A DNA stretch of 64,000 nucleotides from Mantamonas sphyraenae STR306. Taxonomy: Eukaryota; Protista; CRuMs. Where the stretch lies: assembly GCA_026936335.1 (NCBI GenBank), contig JAPMXV010000011.1, positions 1 through 64,000 of the forward strand, written 5' to 3'. The notes under the pieces are model-generated. The model worked only from the letters and a program-made list of their open reading frames with translations, ran no database searches and was not told the origin of the DNA. Shown here piece after piece: positions 22,201-33,705 of the stretch; positions within the stretch are counted from its first letter, which is position 1, and each line of letters opens with the position of its first letter. A program made the translations under genes and the position numbers.

Positions 22201-22629
22201 GATGTTGTCCTGAGAGTCCATGATCTCACGGATCTGGTCAATCGTGAAGTTCACCTGAGCGTCGATGGATTTTTGGACCAAATGCCAAAAGTGCTTGTGT
22301 CAGCGACCCGCTCTCCTTACACATCCCTCATTGGCACACATCATGTCCACACAGCCGCTCGTGTGCCATGTCCACACAGTCTCCATGCAATTGCGTGACC
22401 CCACCCTCTGCCATCCGTCCACACAGGCGCCGCGGACCGAGGCCCGTCCGTCGCGTTCTTCTCAGAACGGGGGTTCTTCGCCGTCCAGGCGCCCTTGCGC
22501 GCACACCGCCCGCAACCTCGAAAAGGGCTACACGCAGCCCCACTTCCATGCACACACACCCCACCGCGGCTACCCACGCCCGCGTTGCCGTCCATGCACT
22601 GGGAAAACGCTTGTGTTTTGACTCACCAT
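19231..22629 (-). CDS. EEF2: Translation elongation factor 2
   Basis: ATG-only exon 22629-22627, exon 22254-22192 ([14 protein letters not shown]), exon 21694-19231. [16 protein letters not shown], diphthamide loop [13 protein letters not shown]. One +1 break at ~21050. Confidence 0.99.
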
Positions 22630-22691
22630 TTTCGGGAGTTGTTTTTTTTTGGGGTGCCCTCACTCGCGCTCCGCCGACCAACTCGCCTTCC

Positions 22692-23351
22692 ATGTCCACC
22701 CTCGACGGCGCGGACGACGAGGGCCTACTTGTGGCCACCGCCACGTCCACAACCTCCACAAACACCAGCACCAGCAGCAGCCTCAGTCGCAAGACCTCCT
22801 CCTCCACCATCTCCCACAAACAAGCCCTCGACGAAGGCGAGGAGCCGGCCCTGCTCGTCCCGCCCCTCAACTACAGCATGGTCGCCACAGGCATCTACCG
22901 CTCGGGCTACCCCAACGCAAAGAACTTTGCTTTCCTCAAGAAGCTTCGCCTTCGCTCCGTCGTCTACCTCTGCCAGGAGGAGTACTCCAAAACAAACCGC
23001 CAGTTCCTCGAAGACAACAACATCCAACTCCTCGAGTTTGGCATCCAGGGCAACAAGGAGCCCTTTGTCAACATCAGCGAGGCAAGCATTGCCGACGCCC
23101 TTTCAGTTATTCTCGACAAACGCAACCACCCGTTGCTCGTCCACTGCAACCGTGGCAAACATCGCACCGGCTGCGTCGTCGGTTGCCTCCGACGCCTCCA
23201 GCGCTGGTCTCTCACCTACACCCTTGCCGAATACCGCCGCTTTGCTGGAAGCAAGGTCCGCTCCCTCGACCAGCAGTTCATTGAGCTGTTTGACACCTCT
23301 CTCGTCGACTACGACCTCGATCAGCTCCCGTCCTGGTTCCCGCTCACCTGA
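22692..23351 (+). CDS. SIW14: Siw14/PFA-DSP family atypical dual-specificity (inositol pyrophosphate) phosphatase
   Basis: PPLNYSMV..GIYRSGYP, HCNRGKHRTG catalytic loop, DQQFIELFD. Confidence 0.92.
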   Translation: MSTLDGADDEGLLVATATSTTSTNTSTSSSLSRKTSSSTISHKQALDEGEEPALLVPPLNYSMVATGIYRSGYPNAKNFAFLKKLRLRSVVYLCQEEYSKTNRQFLEDNNIQLLEFGIQGNKEPFVNISEASIADALSVILDKRNHPLLVHCNRGKHRTGCVVGCLRRLQRWSLTYTLAEYRRFAGSKVRSLDQQFIELFDTSLVDYDLDQLPSWFPLT

Positions 23352-23363
23352 CACACGCGCATC

Positions 23364-25217
23364 TCACAGCGAGTCCACCTCGTTGAAATCAAACACATCC
23401 GTCACATCCAACACACGTTCACGTGCCGCCGCCTCCCGCTCCGCTTGCGTCGCCGTCATCCCGCTCCCCGCTGCCCCTTTGCGTCGTCGCTTCGCCTCCC
23501 GTCGCTTTTCCTTTGGATCCTGAAACAGATCCAGCGAATCCACAGACGCCTCGTCTCTCTCACGGCTCTTCTTGCGCCTGCCCGTCCCTCCCGCTCCCTC
23601 CGCCTCCACGTGCAATCTGCGCTTCGCCTTTCGCGGTCGCCGTCCGCTGCGCACACGCTCCCGTTTGCTGTTGCTTGCAAACGGGGACAAAGTCTCCTTC
23701 GACTGAGGTCCAGGCAACCTGCTGCTGCTCGTCCCATGGCTCGCGCTCCGGTTCGTCACATGCTTCTGGGTCGTCGCGGCTGCTGGTGGTGTTTTCGCCA
23801 CTGCGTTGAGTTGAGCTCGCAATGCACCTGCGCGCTTGCTGGCCGTCTCAAGTTGCTTCTCCTTCAGCTCCAATTCGTCCTGCAGGAACTGCACACGTGC
23901 ACCCAGGCTCTGGATCTGTGCTTGGCTCATCTTTTCCACAGATTGCAGATCGCGCACTGCACCGGCCAGATCCTCTGCCGCTTCTGCGCTTGCCTCCACC
24001 TGTTTGCGCAGTGCCTTGTTTGCCTCCTTTGTGTCTCGCAGCTCCATGTGCGCTCCAATCACCTTGGCCTTGGCCTGTACCTCCAAACTCACCATCCGCT
24101 CCTCCGTCATCCGTGCCAGCTTCATCACCTCGCTCACCGCCTGCAGCATCCACGCGCTTCCAGCTCCCGCCTTCACCCTGCCTGATCCACCCTCCTGAAT
24201 CCGGTGCCACACAATCGTCCACCCGTGCGTCTTGCTCTCCCGTGCCGCAGCTGCCTCCTTCGCCATCTCCAACCGCTCCACAAGCATCCGCTCCTTCCAC
24301 GCGTGCACCTCTCCCTCCAACGATACGCGCTGTTCCATCTTGCACAACTTCTCCTGCAGCGCTTGCTCTCTCGCCGTGCTCTCTGCCAGGCACATCACCA
24401 AAGCATCTGCCTCGGCCTGTGCTGCGCTCGCCCTGCCCCGCACCTCCTCCTCCAGCTTCACATACTGCTCTTCCAGCGCCTGCAACTGCCTCTCAAGGTC
24501 AACGTAAACTCCTTTCTGCGTATCCATGTACGTCTGCGACCGCTCCTGCCGCTCGTCGCATCGCTCCACCATCGCCTCAGCCTCTTTCCATTTGCTCTGC
24601 ATCTTGCGGTGTTGTTCCATCAGCATCTCCTCCCGCTTGTGCGTCAACGCCAACGCACCCGCCAGTTTGTTTCGTTCCGCTTGAAGTCGTGTGTTTTGCT
24701 CTTCTGCCGCTGCAAGACGCGTCTTGACGGCCGCCAGGTTGTCATCCTGCAGAACGACATGTCAGCGCTTGCACAGCACCTCTCTCGCCCCATCTCCCCA
24801 TCCATCCACATACATAGCGTTTCATCTCCAGCTGTGCCTGCCGCGATTCCAGAAGGATCCGTTCTGCGTTTGTTCCCGCTGTGTCAGGAATCCCACTTTC
24901 GATTTGCTCCAAATTCCTCGCTCACCTCCTGCCTTCAACTTACGCGCCGTCTCTCGCAACGAGCCTCCCGTTGATCCTGCACCGCCCATTCGTGTGCCTG
25001 TGCTGTTGTGTGACACCATCCCTGTGCTTGTCGTACGCATCCCACCTTGCTTCTGCCCTTGCGACGCGCGGATCACCACCCCCGTTGGGCTGTTGCTTTT
25101 GCTCTTGCGTACCAACGCTCCAACCTCCATCTCGCCACCACTGGGTGCCGATGGACCTCCGCCCGACGACGCTGCTGCACCAAACGACGGGATCGAAAAC
25201 GTGAAAGGAAACTCCAT
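23364..25217 (-). CDS. Coiled-coil protein with basic, S/T-P-containing tail
   Basis: Introns 24864-24925 and 24747-24813 (GCTGAC branch site) join ORFs 24822-25316 and 23364-24653 in frame; start at MEFPFTF is inferred. Confidence 0.75.
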
Positions 25218-25376
25218 TGTCTGCTGTCTGCGATGAATCCTGCTCTGCCTGAATTCTTTTGCCGAAACCATCGCATCCTTTTCCCAACATTCATCTTCAG
25301 CCCCGCACAAGGCCACAACGACGCGACGCCTCCATCCATTCTCTGGGCCTTGCAGCCATCCTCCATTCGCTCATCA

Positions 25377-26240
25377 TCACACTCCGGGATTCACATCGTC
25401 GTCCCACATCCGACCACCGGTCATGGAAAGCACGTGTGTGGCCAGTGTTTCCACCGTCTCGCCGTCTGTCGACTCCAGGGTTATCTTTGCCCTGTACGGC
25501 TGGTCCGACCGCGTCCTCGGATACGATCCGATGCTCACCTGTGGATGCTTCTGTGCCAACTCCCGCAGAGCGTCCGCAAACTCAGCCTCCAGCATGTCGC
25601 AGTGCACCACACGTCGCACAATCGGCTCTCCGTCTTCAAACAGGTGCGAAACGCCTTCCAGCATCAAATGGAACATGGAAGGAATGCCAGGAAACACGTG
25701 CACATTGCGCACACGCACCACAGGCACCCAAAAGTCAGGCACAGACACCACGTCGCACGGATCCGGGAACAAAGCCATCCGCTTGCGAGCCTCCGTCAAA
25801 TACTCCTCCTTTGTCGGCACCTCCTTGCCCAGGTTCTCCCTGGCCAGCCGAGCAGACACGTTCCTGTAAAAGTCGTCCATGACGTTTGCATGATAACGCA
25901 TGTCCAGGCCCGCCCACCGCGCAATGGCCGAGTATGTGATGTCGTCGTGTGTTGTTCCGATGCCCCCTGTGGTCAGCACATATGTGCTCCGCTCACTCTC
26001 CCGTTCCAGAGTCTCCCCAATAGCATCGTAGGTGTCTGGAATCACCTGGATTCGCTGCAGCACAATCCCCTTGCGGAAGAAAAACTGTGCCGCAAAGTGC
26101 CCGTTGGTGTCGTGGGTTTTTCCCGTCAAGATTTCGTCTCCAATCACCACCATCGATGCCGTCTGCTGGCCTCCTCCTCTTCCCACAACCTCTTGGCCCA
26201 CATTCTGCTGCCGAAGCCCATTCAACGTGCGCCGGAACAT
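25377..26240 (-). CDS. Molybdopterin-binding/CinA-like domain protein (FAD pyrophosphatase, FLAD1 N-terminal-like), probably mitochondrial
   Basis: VIGDEILTGKTHDTN, TTGGIGTTHDDIT, VHVFPGIP, IGSYP; Arg-rich N-terminus MFRRTL. Confidence 0.88.
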   Translation of the reverse strand: MFRRTLNGLRQQNVGQEVVGRGGGQQTASMVVIGDEILTGKTHDTNGHFAAQFFFRKGIVLQRIQVIPDTYDAIGETLERESERSTYVLTTGGIGTTHDDITYSAIARWAGLDMRYHANVMDDFYRNVSARLARENLGKEVPTKEEYLTEARKRMALFPDPCDVVSVPDFWVPVVRVRNVHVFPGIPSMFHLMLEGVSHLFEDGEPIVRRVVHCDMLEAEFADALRELAQKHPQVSIGSYPRTRSDQPYRAKITLESTDGETVETLATHVLSMTGGRMWDDDVNPGV

Positions 26241-26299
26241 CGTAGTTTGCCCTGCCTGCGCTTGCGCACGCACTCCGTTCCCACCCTACCTCCATTGGC

Positions 26300-27337
26300 A
26301 TGTCCTCCTCCACCACCATGGATGTGGAGGACTCCTCCCACAGCACAAGCACAAACGCACCACCCAAGAAGAAGCGGAACATGCGCACGGTGGCACGCAA
26401 CCGACGGAAACGCAGAGCCCGAGAACGAGCACGCCAAGAACAACGCAACAGCAGCAGCAGCAGCAGCAGCAGCACCACCAAAACACCAACCACCACACCA
26501 ACCACCACACCGAAAACCCCCACCGACCCACTGGACTCCTTTTGCCAAACCTGGAACATCGACCTGGAGCAACACCGCGCGGTGCAGGGAAAGCACGACC
26601 CGTCCCTGGCCAAATACTGGGGCCAACGCTACCGTTTGTTCCACCACTTCTCCCCTCGCATCTGCATGGACACCCAAGGCTGGTTCTCCGTCTGTCCAGA
26701 GACCATTGCCGCCCACCAGGCCGACAAGCTGCGCTGCGACCTCGTCGTCGATGCCTTTTGCGGCGTCGGCGGAAATGCCATCCAATTGGCCATGACATGC
26801 ACGCGTGTCATTGCCATCGACATCGATCCGGTCAAGATTGCCTGTGCCATGGCCAATGCACGCGAGTACGGCGTCTTGGACCGCATCGACTTTCTCCTCG
26901 CAGACTTTTTCTCCCTCTGTACAGTGCTCCAGGCCGATGCGGTCCTCCTCTCACCGCCCTGGGGAGGCCCTGGCTATGACAACTCTGTAGATAGCATCGT
27001 GGATCTCCACGACATGCCCGTCGACGCCTACACCGCCATGGAAGCTGCACGCCTGATCACGCGCAACGTGGCCCTCTGCGTGCCTCGCAATGCAGACCTC
27101 GACCAGCTTGTCCATCTCGCTCAGGCCGACAACGGCTTTGTAGAGGTGGAGCAGGACATGGTCAACAACAAGATCAAGTGTGTCACAGCCTACTACGGCG
27201 ACTTGGCAGGTCGACCCCTCCTCCAAGACACCGAGCATGGGGAGGACCAGGACGACGACGATGACGACGACGAACAAGACCTGGACGAACAGGGACAACC
27301 CATCAAAGTGTATCCACGCGGCTATCGCGTCCTCTGA
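26300..27337 (+). CDS. TGS1: Trimethylguanosine synthase
   Basis: KYWGQRYRLF, GWFSVCPE, VVDAFCGVGGNAIQ, LSPPWGGPGY. Confidence 0.96.
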   Translation: MSSSTTMDVEDSSHSTSTNAPPKKKRNMRTVARNRRKRRARERARQEQRNSSSSSSSSTTKTPTTTPTTTPKTPTDPLDSFCQTWNIDLEQHRAVQGKHDPSLAKYWGQRYRLFHHFSPRICMDTQGWFSVCPETIAAHQADKLRCDLVVDAFCGVGGNAIQLAMTCTRVIAIDIDPVKIACAMANAREYGVLDRIDFLLADFFSLCTVLQADAVLLSPPWGGPGYDNSVDSIVDLHDMPVDAYTAMEAARLITRNVALCVPRNADLDQLVHLAQADNGFVEVEQDMVNNKIKCVTAYYGDLAGRPLLQDTEHGEDQDDDDDDDEQDLDEQGQPIKVYPRGYRVL

Positions 27338-27349
27338 AGCATGCTGCTG

Positions 27350-28399
27350 CTATTTGTTCATGGTCAGGCCGCTGACCTGTCTTGCAAAGAACACTGCGTC
27401 TGCCTCCCGTTCCAGATGAGTGCTATCCACACGCAGAGCAGTCTCATGGGCGAGCAGAGAGGAAAGCACACCGCCTGGACCAATCTCCACCAGTTCCTGG
27501 ATGCCCAGCTGCACCGCTGTGTGCACACTCTTCCTCCACAACACCGGCTGCGTGATCTGGCCCACCAGCACGTCACGCAGCTTACTGTCGTCCGTCCACA
27601 GGGCACCCGTCATGTTGGCCACCGTGTGCACGTGTGTCTCACGCACCTCCATGTCCTCCAGCACAGCACGCACCTTGTCCGCAGCCGGTCTCATCAACTC
27701 GCAATGGAAGGGTGCAGACACACGCAGACGTGTTGCACGCAGGATGTGCTTGTCCTTCTTTGCCTGTGCTGCCACCTCCTTCACTGCTTCCTCATGCCCA
27801 CTGATCACCACCTGCCGTGCGCTGTTGATGTTCGCCACTGAACACACCATCCCCTCCCCACCCTCTCCATACCGTCCACACAATTCCTGCAACCATCCCA
27901 ACGTGCCATCTCCCGCCTCCATGCCCACCTTGCCCTCTGTCGTCAGCAGAGCGCGCATGCCCACCTCCTTTCCGCCCACTGCCGCCCGCATGGCCAGTCC
28001 CCTCTCCCGCACCAACCGCACTCCGTCTGCCAGACTCAGTGCCCCATTGGCCACCATCCCTGTGTACTCTCCCACAGAGTGTCCCATCACCAAAGCCACC
28101 TCGGCTGCCTCCAGGCCAGCCTTGCCCTCCTCCAACTCTGCCCCCCTGAATCCCATGTGCTCCTGCACTGTCCTCCACATGGCTATGCAATGCGTCAACA
28201 GCGCCGGCTGTGCATTCTCCGTCTGTTGCAGCTCCGCATCGCTTCCGTCACGCATCATCCGTGAGAGGAACAGCCCCAGCACGTCGTCCGCCTCCTCATA
28301 CACAAGCCGTGCCACCTTGCTTTGCCGCCACAGCTCACGTGCCATCCCTCCATGCTGGGACCCTTGGCCCACAAACATCAATGCTCGTCTACGGCTCAT
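27350..28399 (-). CDS. MCAT: Malonyl-CoA:ACP transacylase (FabD/MCAT)
   Basis: FVGQGSQ, TENAQPAL, GHSVGEY, VSAPFH, EIGPG. The true start may be an upstream ATG at ~28478-28490. Confidence 0.93.
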   Translation of the reverse strand: MSRRRALMFVGQGSQHGGMARELWRQSKVARLVYEEADDVLGLFLSRMMRDGSDAELQQTENAQPALLTHCIAMWRTVQEHMGFRGAELEEGKAGLEAAEVALVMGHSVGEYTGMVANGALSLADGVRLVRERGLAMRAAVGGKEVGMRALLTTEGKVGMEAGDGTLGWLQELCGRYGEGGEGMVCSVANINSARQVVISGHEEAVKEVAAQAKKDKHILRATRLRVSAPFHCELMRPAADKVRAVLEDMEVRETHVHTVANMTGALWTDDSKLRDVLVGQITQPVLWRKSVHTAVQLGIQELVEIGPGGVLSSLLAHETALRVDSTHLEREADAVFFARQVSGLTMNK

Positions 28400-28503
28400 G
28401 CACCTTTCCAGCTGGTCTCTTTGTGTGTGTCCGAAAGCCTTGTTCTTTGTTTTCTTTCCGCTGGCCTCCCTGCGCATGGTCCAATGCATGCGTTCACCCT
28501 CAT

Positions 28504-29767
28504 TCATTGCTGCTGCTGCTTGTCCACCATGCCAAGGTCCTCCATGTACTTTGTGAGCACACGCCCCATCCCTGCGGCCAAATCCAGACGAGGTGTCCAA
28601 AACCTGGCCAGAATGTCCATGTGTGTGGGTGTGGGTCTGTCCTTGCCCTGTGCCTCCCGAGTGCTGAATGCCACCTGACACTTGCCCTCCGAGATCTTGT
28701 CTGTGGCCGCTGCAAGGTCCCTCAACGACGCCCACTCCCCATTCGTCACGTCCGTCACCGGTCCAAACTCCTCAAAGTGTTCCATGATGGACACCAGTGC
28801 ACGTGCGCAGTCGTCGCTGTGGATAAATTGCCTGATTTCTGTCCCTGTTGTCAATGCTTGGATCTTCACAGGTTCCGTTCCGCCATCGCTCAGTCCCTGG
28901 GCACATCTATGCATCCAATCCCCAATCACATGTGACTTGATCCCAATTGCTTCGTGTCCATACACATTCCAGAAGCGCACACTCTTGCCCATGCCGCTGT
29001 GCGTCGCCCAAAGCTCACCCAACCGTTTGATGGCTCCGTATGTGGTGTATGCGCTGTGCAGAGACGACGACGTAAACAGGAATGGAATGGAACGTTGGGT
29101 GAGGTACGGCACAACCTCTTCGTAGATGTCGATGTTGTGTCGCACAATGTCTAGCTGCACGTTTCGTTCCCCGCTCTCCAGATACTTGCTCCCGCCCACC
29201 TCGCACGCCAGCAGGAAGCAGAATGAAATATTGTACTCACTGACGAGTGAGTGAGTGAGTGAGTGAGTGAGTGAGTGAGTGAGTGAGTGAGTGAGTGTGA
29301 GGTTCAAGACGTGTCAGCGGACAAAGTGTCTCCCACACATGACGTCATGCATCTCTCCCTCCCCCACTCCCTCCCTCCTCCCCTGTGCCATCCCCAATCC
29401 CCATCAATTCCCGCTCACCCTTCTGGCCCCTGCCCACAACTCACTCAAACCGTTTCATGGCTCCCTCCACACGCAGGTCGTGCTCCCTTCGATTGCGCAC
29501 CTGCAACACCTTGTGGCCCCTTGCCTCCAACTCTGCCACCAGTGACTTGCCCACCACGCCACCACTGCCCAACACAAGCACATGCTGTCCTTCCATCATC
29601 CCCTCTCCTGTGCTCTCCACCTCCTCCACCTCCACCTCCACCTCTTCAGGCACTCCTGCCTTCTCCTCCACCGATGATGATCCCATGACAGAACCCACCA
29701 CCACCATCACCACCATGACCATGCATCCCATCATGGCCATCCTCTGTTCTCTCAATCTCCTGTTCAT
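28504..29767 (-). CDS. NAD-dependent epimerase/dehydratase (extended SDR) with N-terminal signal/anchor
   Basis: Intron 29240-29444; VLVLGSGGVVG, YGAIK (YxxxK), RFWNVYG, RQFIHSDD. Confidence 0.88.
29245..29296. repeat. (GAGT)13 microsatellite at the 3' end of the epimerase intron
   Basis: Perfect tetranucleotide run. Confidence 0.95.
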
Positions 29768-29832
29768 CTTCCCTGCCACTTCTTCGTCGTTGCCTTGGTT
29801 CCGCTGTTCACCCCACCGCAACACACACCACC

Positions 29833-32620
29833 ATGTCATCCTCCATGGGGTATCCCTATGCCCATCCTACCGTGTCGGATGATCCTGCACGTGGCCAATG
29901 CCCCCCTGTGTCCCACTCTGTGGAGGAGTTGGTCACCCAGCCCAGTGCTGTCATCCATGAGCTCCTCCAGCAGTACATCGACCACACCCTTCCCGATGAA
30001 CACGACGGTGACGCAGAAGGCCATGCCCTCTCCTTCCACGACTTTGTCGCACGTGACTTGGCAAGCTCCAACAACGACTTCCACGTCCGCGAGTACTTCC
30101 AGCAAGCCTTGGACACCCACGACGATCTCTATGCCCAGGTAACATCCATACCAACCACTCTCACCTTCCATTCTCTCCCCCCCCCCCTTCCCTCCTCCCT
30201 CCCTTTCCACTCACATTCCTCACTCCCTTTCTCCCCACCACTCCATTGTCCACACACACGTGTCACAGATTCCGCTTCTTGATCACACCACGGCCGGCAA
30301 GATTCCTGCAGGCTCCCTCGTGCGTCTCCGCATGATGTTCAGCGACCGTTGGCAGCAAAAGTTCTTCCGTGGTGCCTATTATGTGGAGGATCCCGAGAGC
30401 AAGCAAGGAGTCAGTGCCTGTGTGTGTCGCCAGCCCAGTGTTGCCCCAATGCGCCGCTGACACCCGACACCTCCTCCCCTTCTTCCTTTCTCCACCCGGT
30501 TCCTCCCGAACTCTCGTGCAGATGTGGCGTACCAACAAGTACCAGGGCCATGACGAGTTTCTTGCGTCCATGCCTGAAGACATTGTCATCCAGGATGAAC
30601 TGCTGCATGACACTCGTGAACTGTAGGTGACCCCTGCGTCCCACCCTAGCTCCTGCCCCTCTGGTGTTGGGGCATCCCCTGACACCGCATGATCACACAC
30701 ACCCAATCCATGGTGATGGACACACCACATGCCACATTCAAACACACCAGCTACTGCGTGCCTGTGCCTGGAGAGACAGAGTGGGTGCAGGAGTGGAACC
30801 AGGCGCAGTCCACAGACACGTACACACTGCGCAAGGCACAACAGGAGGAACTGGCGCAGCAGAAGGAACAGGAAACGTCGATGGTGAATGGAATGGACAA
30901 CCTGCACATGGAGGAGGAGGAGTCCACCAAGGCAAGGACACCAAGAAGCGGACAGAAGCGCAGACGGGCTCGCAGCGAGGACGAAGATGAGAACGATGAG
31001 GAGAGGAAAGAGCATGGGGATGACACCGATGGCATGGAGGAGGAGGAGGTTCCTGTGGTGGAGGTGGACGACAACGACGACGAGGAGGAGGAGGAGGAGG
31101 AGGAGGAGGACACAATGGAGGAGCAAGACCAGACGGAGGCAGACAAGGACATGACGCCGAGCAAGCGGATAAAGACACAGACGGAGAGTGGACCCGTGTC
31201 GAGCGAGTTCTTTGCACAGGGCAAGGATGGGGAAGCAGAAGAGAAGGAGGTGGAGGCAGCAACCAAGACGCGAGAGGACAAGGTGGATGGCCAAGGAAGG
31301 TACAGCATGGGCAGGGATGAACTACTCAACCATCCCATGCAGGACACACGCAAGATCTCTACCATTGTGTACGTGTACGACGAATTGGTTGGGGAAGTGG
31401 ACACCCTGCGCCCCAGCACCTTGGTGGAGGTCATTGGGGTGTTGGGTCACCACGTGGGCGACTCGTTTGGTGTGGACGCCGACGAGGGCGAGTTCTACGA
31501 GGATCAGCTGGCACACGCTCCACCATCCACCCTTGTGCCACGTGTGCACGCCATCCTTCTCAACAGCCAGACACCACCCAACCCAGTGGTGCAGGCAAGC
31601 AGCGAGGATCAGGAACAGGTGCAATCACAGGTGGAGGACATGAAGCATCAGCATCTGGAAGACACGCGTTCCAGACTTGTGATCCAGTTGACACGAGCAT
31701 GTGGTGGCGACGAACTGGCGGCCAACTATGTGCTTCTCAACCTTCTGGCACGTGTGTACAAACGCATGGACACACTCACTCTGGGCCATTTGCCCATCAA
31801 TCTCGTGTTCACCTCGGACGAGGCCGACGGCGAAGAGGAGCGCGACGTGGAATCCAGCAGCTTTGCGCGTCGCAGTGCCACAAACACCTTTGACCGCCTG
31901 GGGTCACCACATGCACAGACAACACGAGCACGTGCAATCATCCATGCTCTGTACACCGTCATCCGTCACATGGTGCCCATGCTGGTGACTTTCAACATGG
32001 AGATCCACACCCTCAACACCACCCCCATGGTGCCCAAACAGGACGTCGACCATGACCGATTCCTCAGTGGCATGCTGCAACTCGTGCCTGGCACCACCCT
32101 GATCATTGACGAGACGGCCCTGAGCACAGGCACCCTTCGTGACCGAGGTGTGCGCAACCGAACTGCTCTCCACGCCCTCGTCGACACACAGGTGGTCAAC
32201 TACGAGCTTGCGTTTGGCGAGCCCATCCCATTCCCCACAGACATTGGCGTCATCGTCGTTTCCTACGGTCGCTCCACCATCCACATGCCCATCCACGTGG
32301 TCGCCCACCCCACCTCCAGCCCTACGACCGACACCCACGCTCTGGAGCAGATGCAGGACGCGGCACGCGAGTACATCGGCGTCCTCCATGAACTCAACAA
32401 CGAAATCGAGGAGCATGAGCTGCGCACTCGCATCAACAGGGACATGGTTCAGTGGAAGCGAAGCCTGGGCGCCTCGGACGACGACATGCACCACTGGCTC
32501 GCTGTTGCACGCCTTGTCAGCATCAGCCACGGCCACAGCTCTCTCACCTGGGACGACTGGCTGGAGATGAAGCAGCTCGAGGGCGAACGCCGCCAGCGCT
32601 ACCTGAACGCGTACGAGTGA
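29833..32620 (+). CDS. MCMBP: Mini-chromosome maintenance complex-binding protein
   Basis: Introns 30139-30268, 30410-30521, 30623-30750. SLVRLRMM, LYCVPVPGETEW, PPSTLVPRVH, GDELAANYVLLNL, SGMLQL..GTTLIIDET. Confidence 0.92.
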
Positions 32621-32698
32621 ATGAAAAATTTGATTCAGACGAAAATCACACCAAACCACATCACAATCAAATTTACATATCAATCAAAATTCACATCT

Positions 32699-33649
32699 TC
32701 ATTTCGACCGCAATACTTCCAGGCCGACCTTGCGCTTCTGGGACTGCGTGACAAAGGCCAGCACCTTGCTGGCGGCGGTACCAGCAACGTCGAGGGCTGC
32801 GAGAAACTCCTCGTGGTCCAGGCAGCCGGAGGTTTTTGTACAGACGACGGTGTCGCGGTCGGCAACGACCAGGCTGATGGCGGCCAATGCGCGCTGCTGG
32901 TCTTGTGCGCTGGGATCGAGGATGAGCTGCCTGCGTGTGTACTGTGTGTGTTCGTCCACGTCCATGTGTGCGTCTGTGGATGGCTGTGCATTGCGTGCAT
33001 CGTCGCTGTCCTGGTCGAGCTCGTCTTCGACCCAGGCGCACTGCACAGCGACCAGTGGCTGCTTGATGGCGACACCGGCATCCAGCAGTGCAATGCCCAC
33101 TGCATTGAGGGCCACGGCCAACAAGCCACCGTCGTCCTGGAGCACCTGTACGATCACCTGCACAGCCGTACGCGGGTGCAACGTGGACAAGACCACTGTG
33201 TCCAGCGCATTGCGAATAAATAGCTCGTACTCACGTTCCTTCTGGCCTGTGTGCCACCAATGTGTGCAAGTGCATGGGTGTGCATGTGTGTCAGCGATGG
33301 GTGCATGGTGTCTTTTGGGCCCAGGGGTGTTTGTTGGTCCCGTGGAGGCGAATGTGTGGCACCACACATGTGTTTGAACCCAAAGCACCCCATACGACAA
33401 CGTACCTGCGACGCCACTCTTGTTCTTAAACACCACCTGGAGGGTGGCCCTGTCGATGAGTTCATCATAGCTCTTGACTGACACGGGACCATACACAGCT
33501 GCAAACACGCTGGTGTCTCCCTGGGCATAGTGGGCACTTCCGTCCGCCCTGTTCAGCAGACTCTGCTCACAGCTCATGGCTCTCAACTGGAACGCAGCAC
33601 GCCCATCCGACTGTACGCCATCATCGCCCATCTCCTGCTGCCTGCTCAT
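32699..33649 (-). CDS. EXOSC5: Exosome RNase PH-like subunit Rrp46
   Basis: LLNRADGSA, VFAAVYGP, HPRTAVQVIVQVLQDDGG, ALLDAGV; in-frame intron 33247-33405. Confidence 0.9.
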   Translation of the reverse strand: MSRQQEMGDDGVQSDGRAAFQLRAMSCEQSLLNRADGSAHYAQGDTSVFAAVYGPVSVKSYDELIDRATLQVVFKNKSGVAGTLSYGVLWVQTHVWCHTFASTGPTNTPGPKRHHAPIADTHAHPCTCTHWWHTGQKEREYELFIRNALDTVVLSTLHPRTAVQVIVQVLQDDGGLLAVALNAVGIALLDAGVAIKQPLVAVQCAWVEDELDQDSDDARNAQPSTDAHMDVDEHTQYTRRQLILDPSAQDQQRALAAISLVVADRDTVVCTKTSGCLDHEEFLAALDVAGTAASKVLAFVTQSQKRKVGLEVLRSK

Positions 33650-33705
33650 TGTGCACTCAGGGTGGTTGTTCTGGACCCGTCGGCGGCGCCACCGCAGACG
33701 ATCAG

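Noticed and set aside
21695-22626. C/D-box snoRNA in EF-2 introns
   Set aside because: A minus-strand ATGATGA at 21784-21778 has no downstream CTGA D box within the intron.
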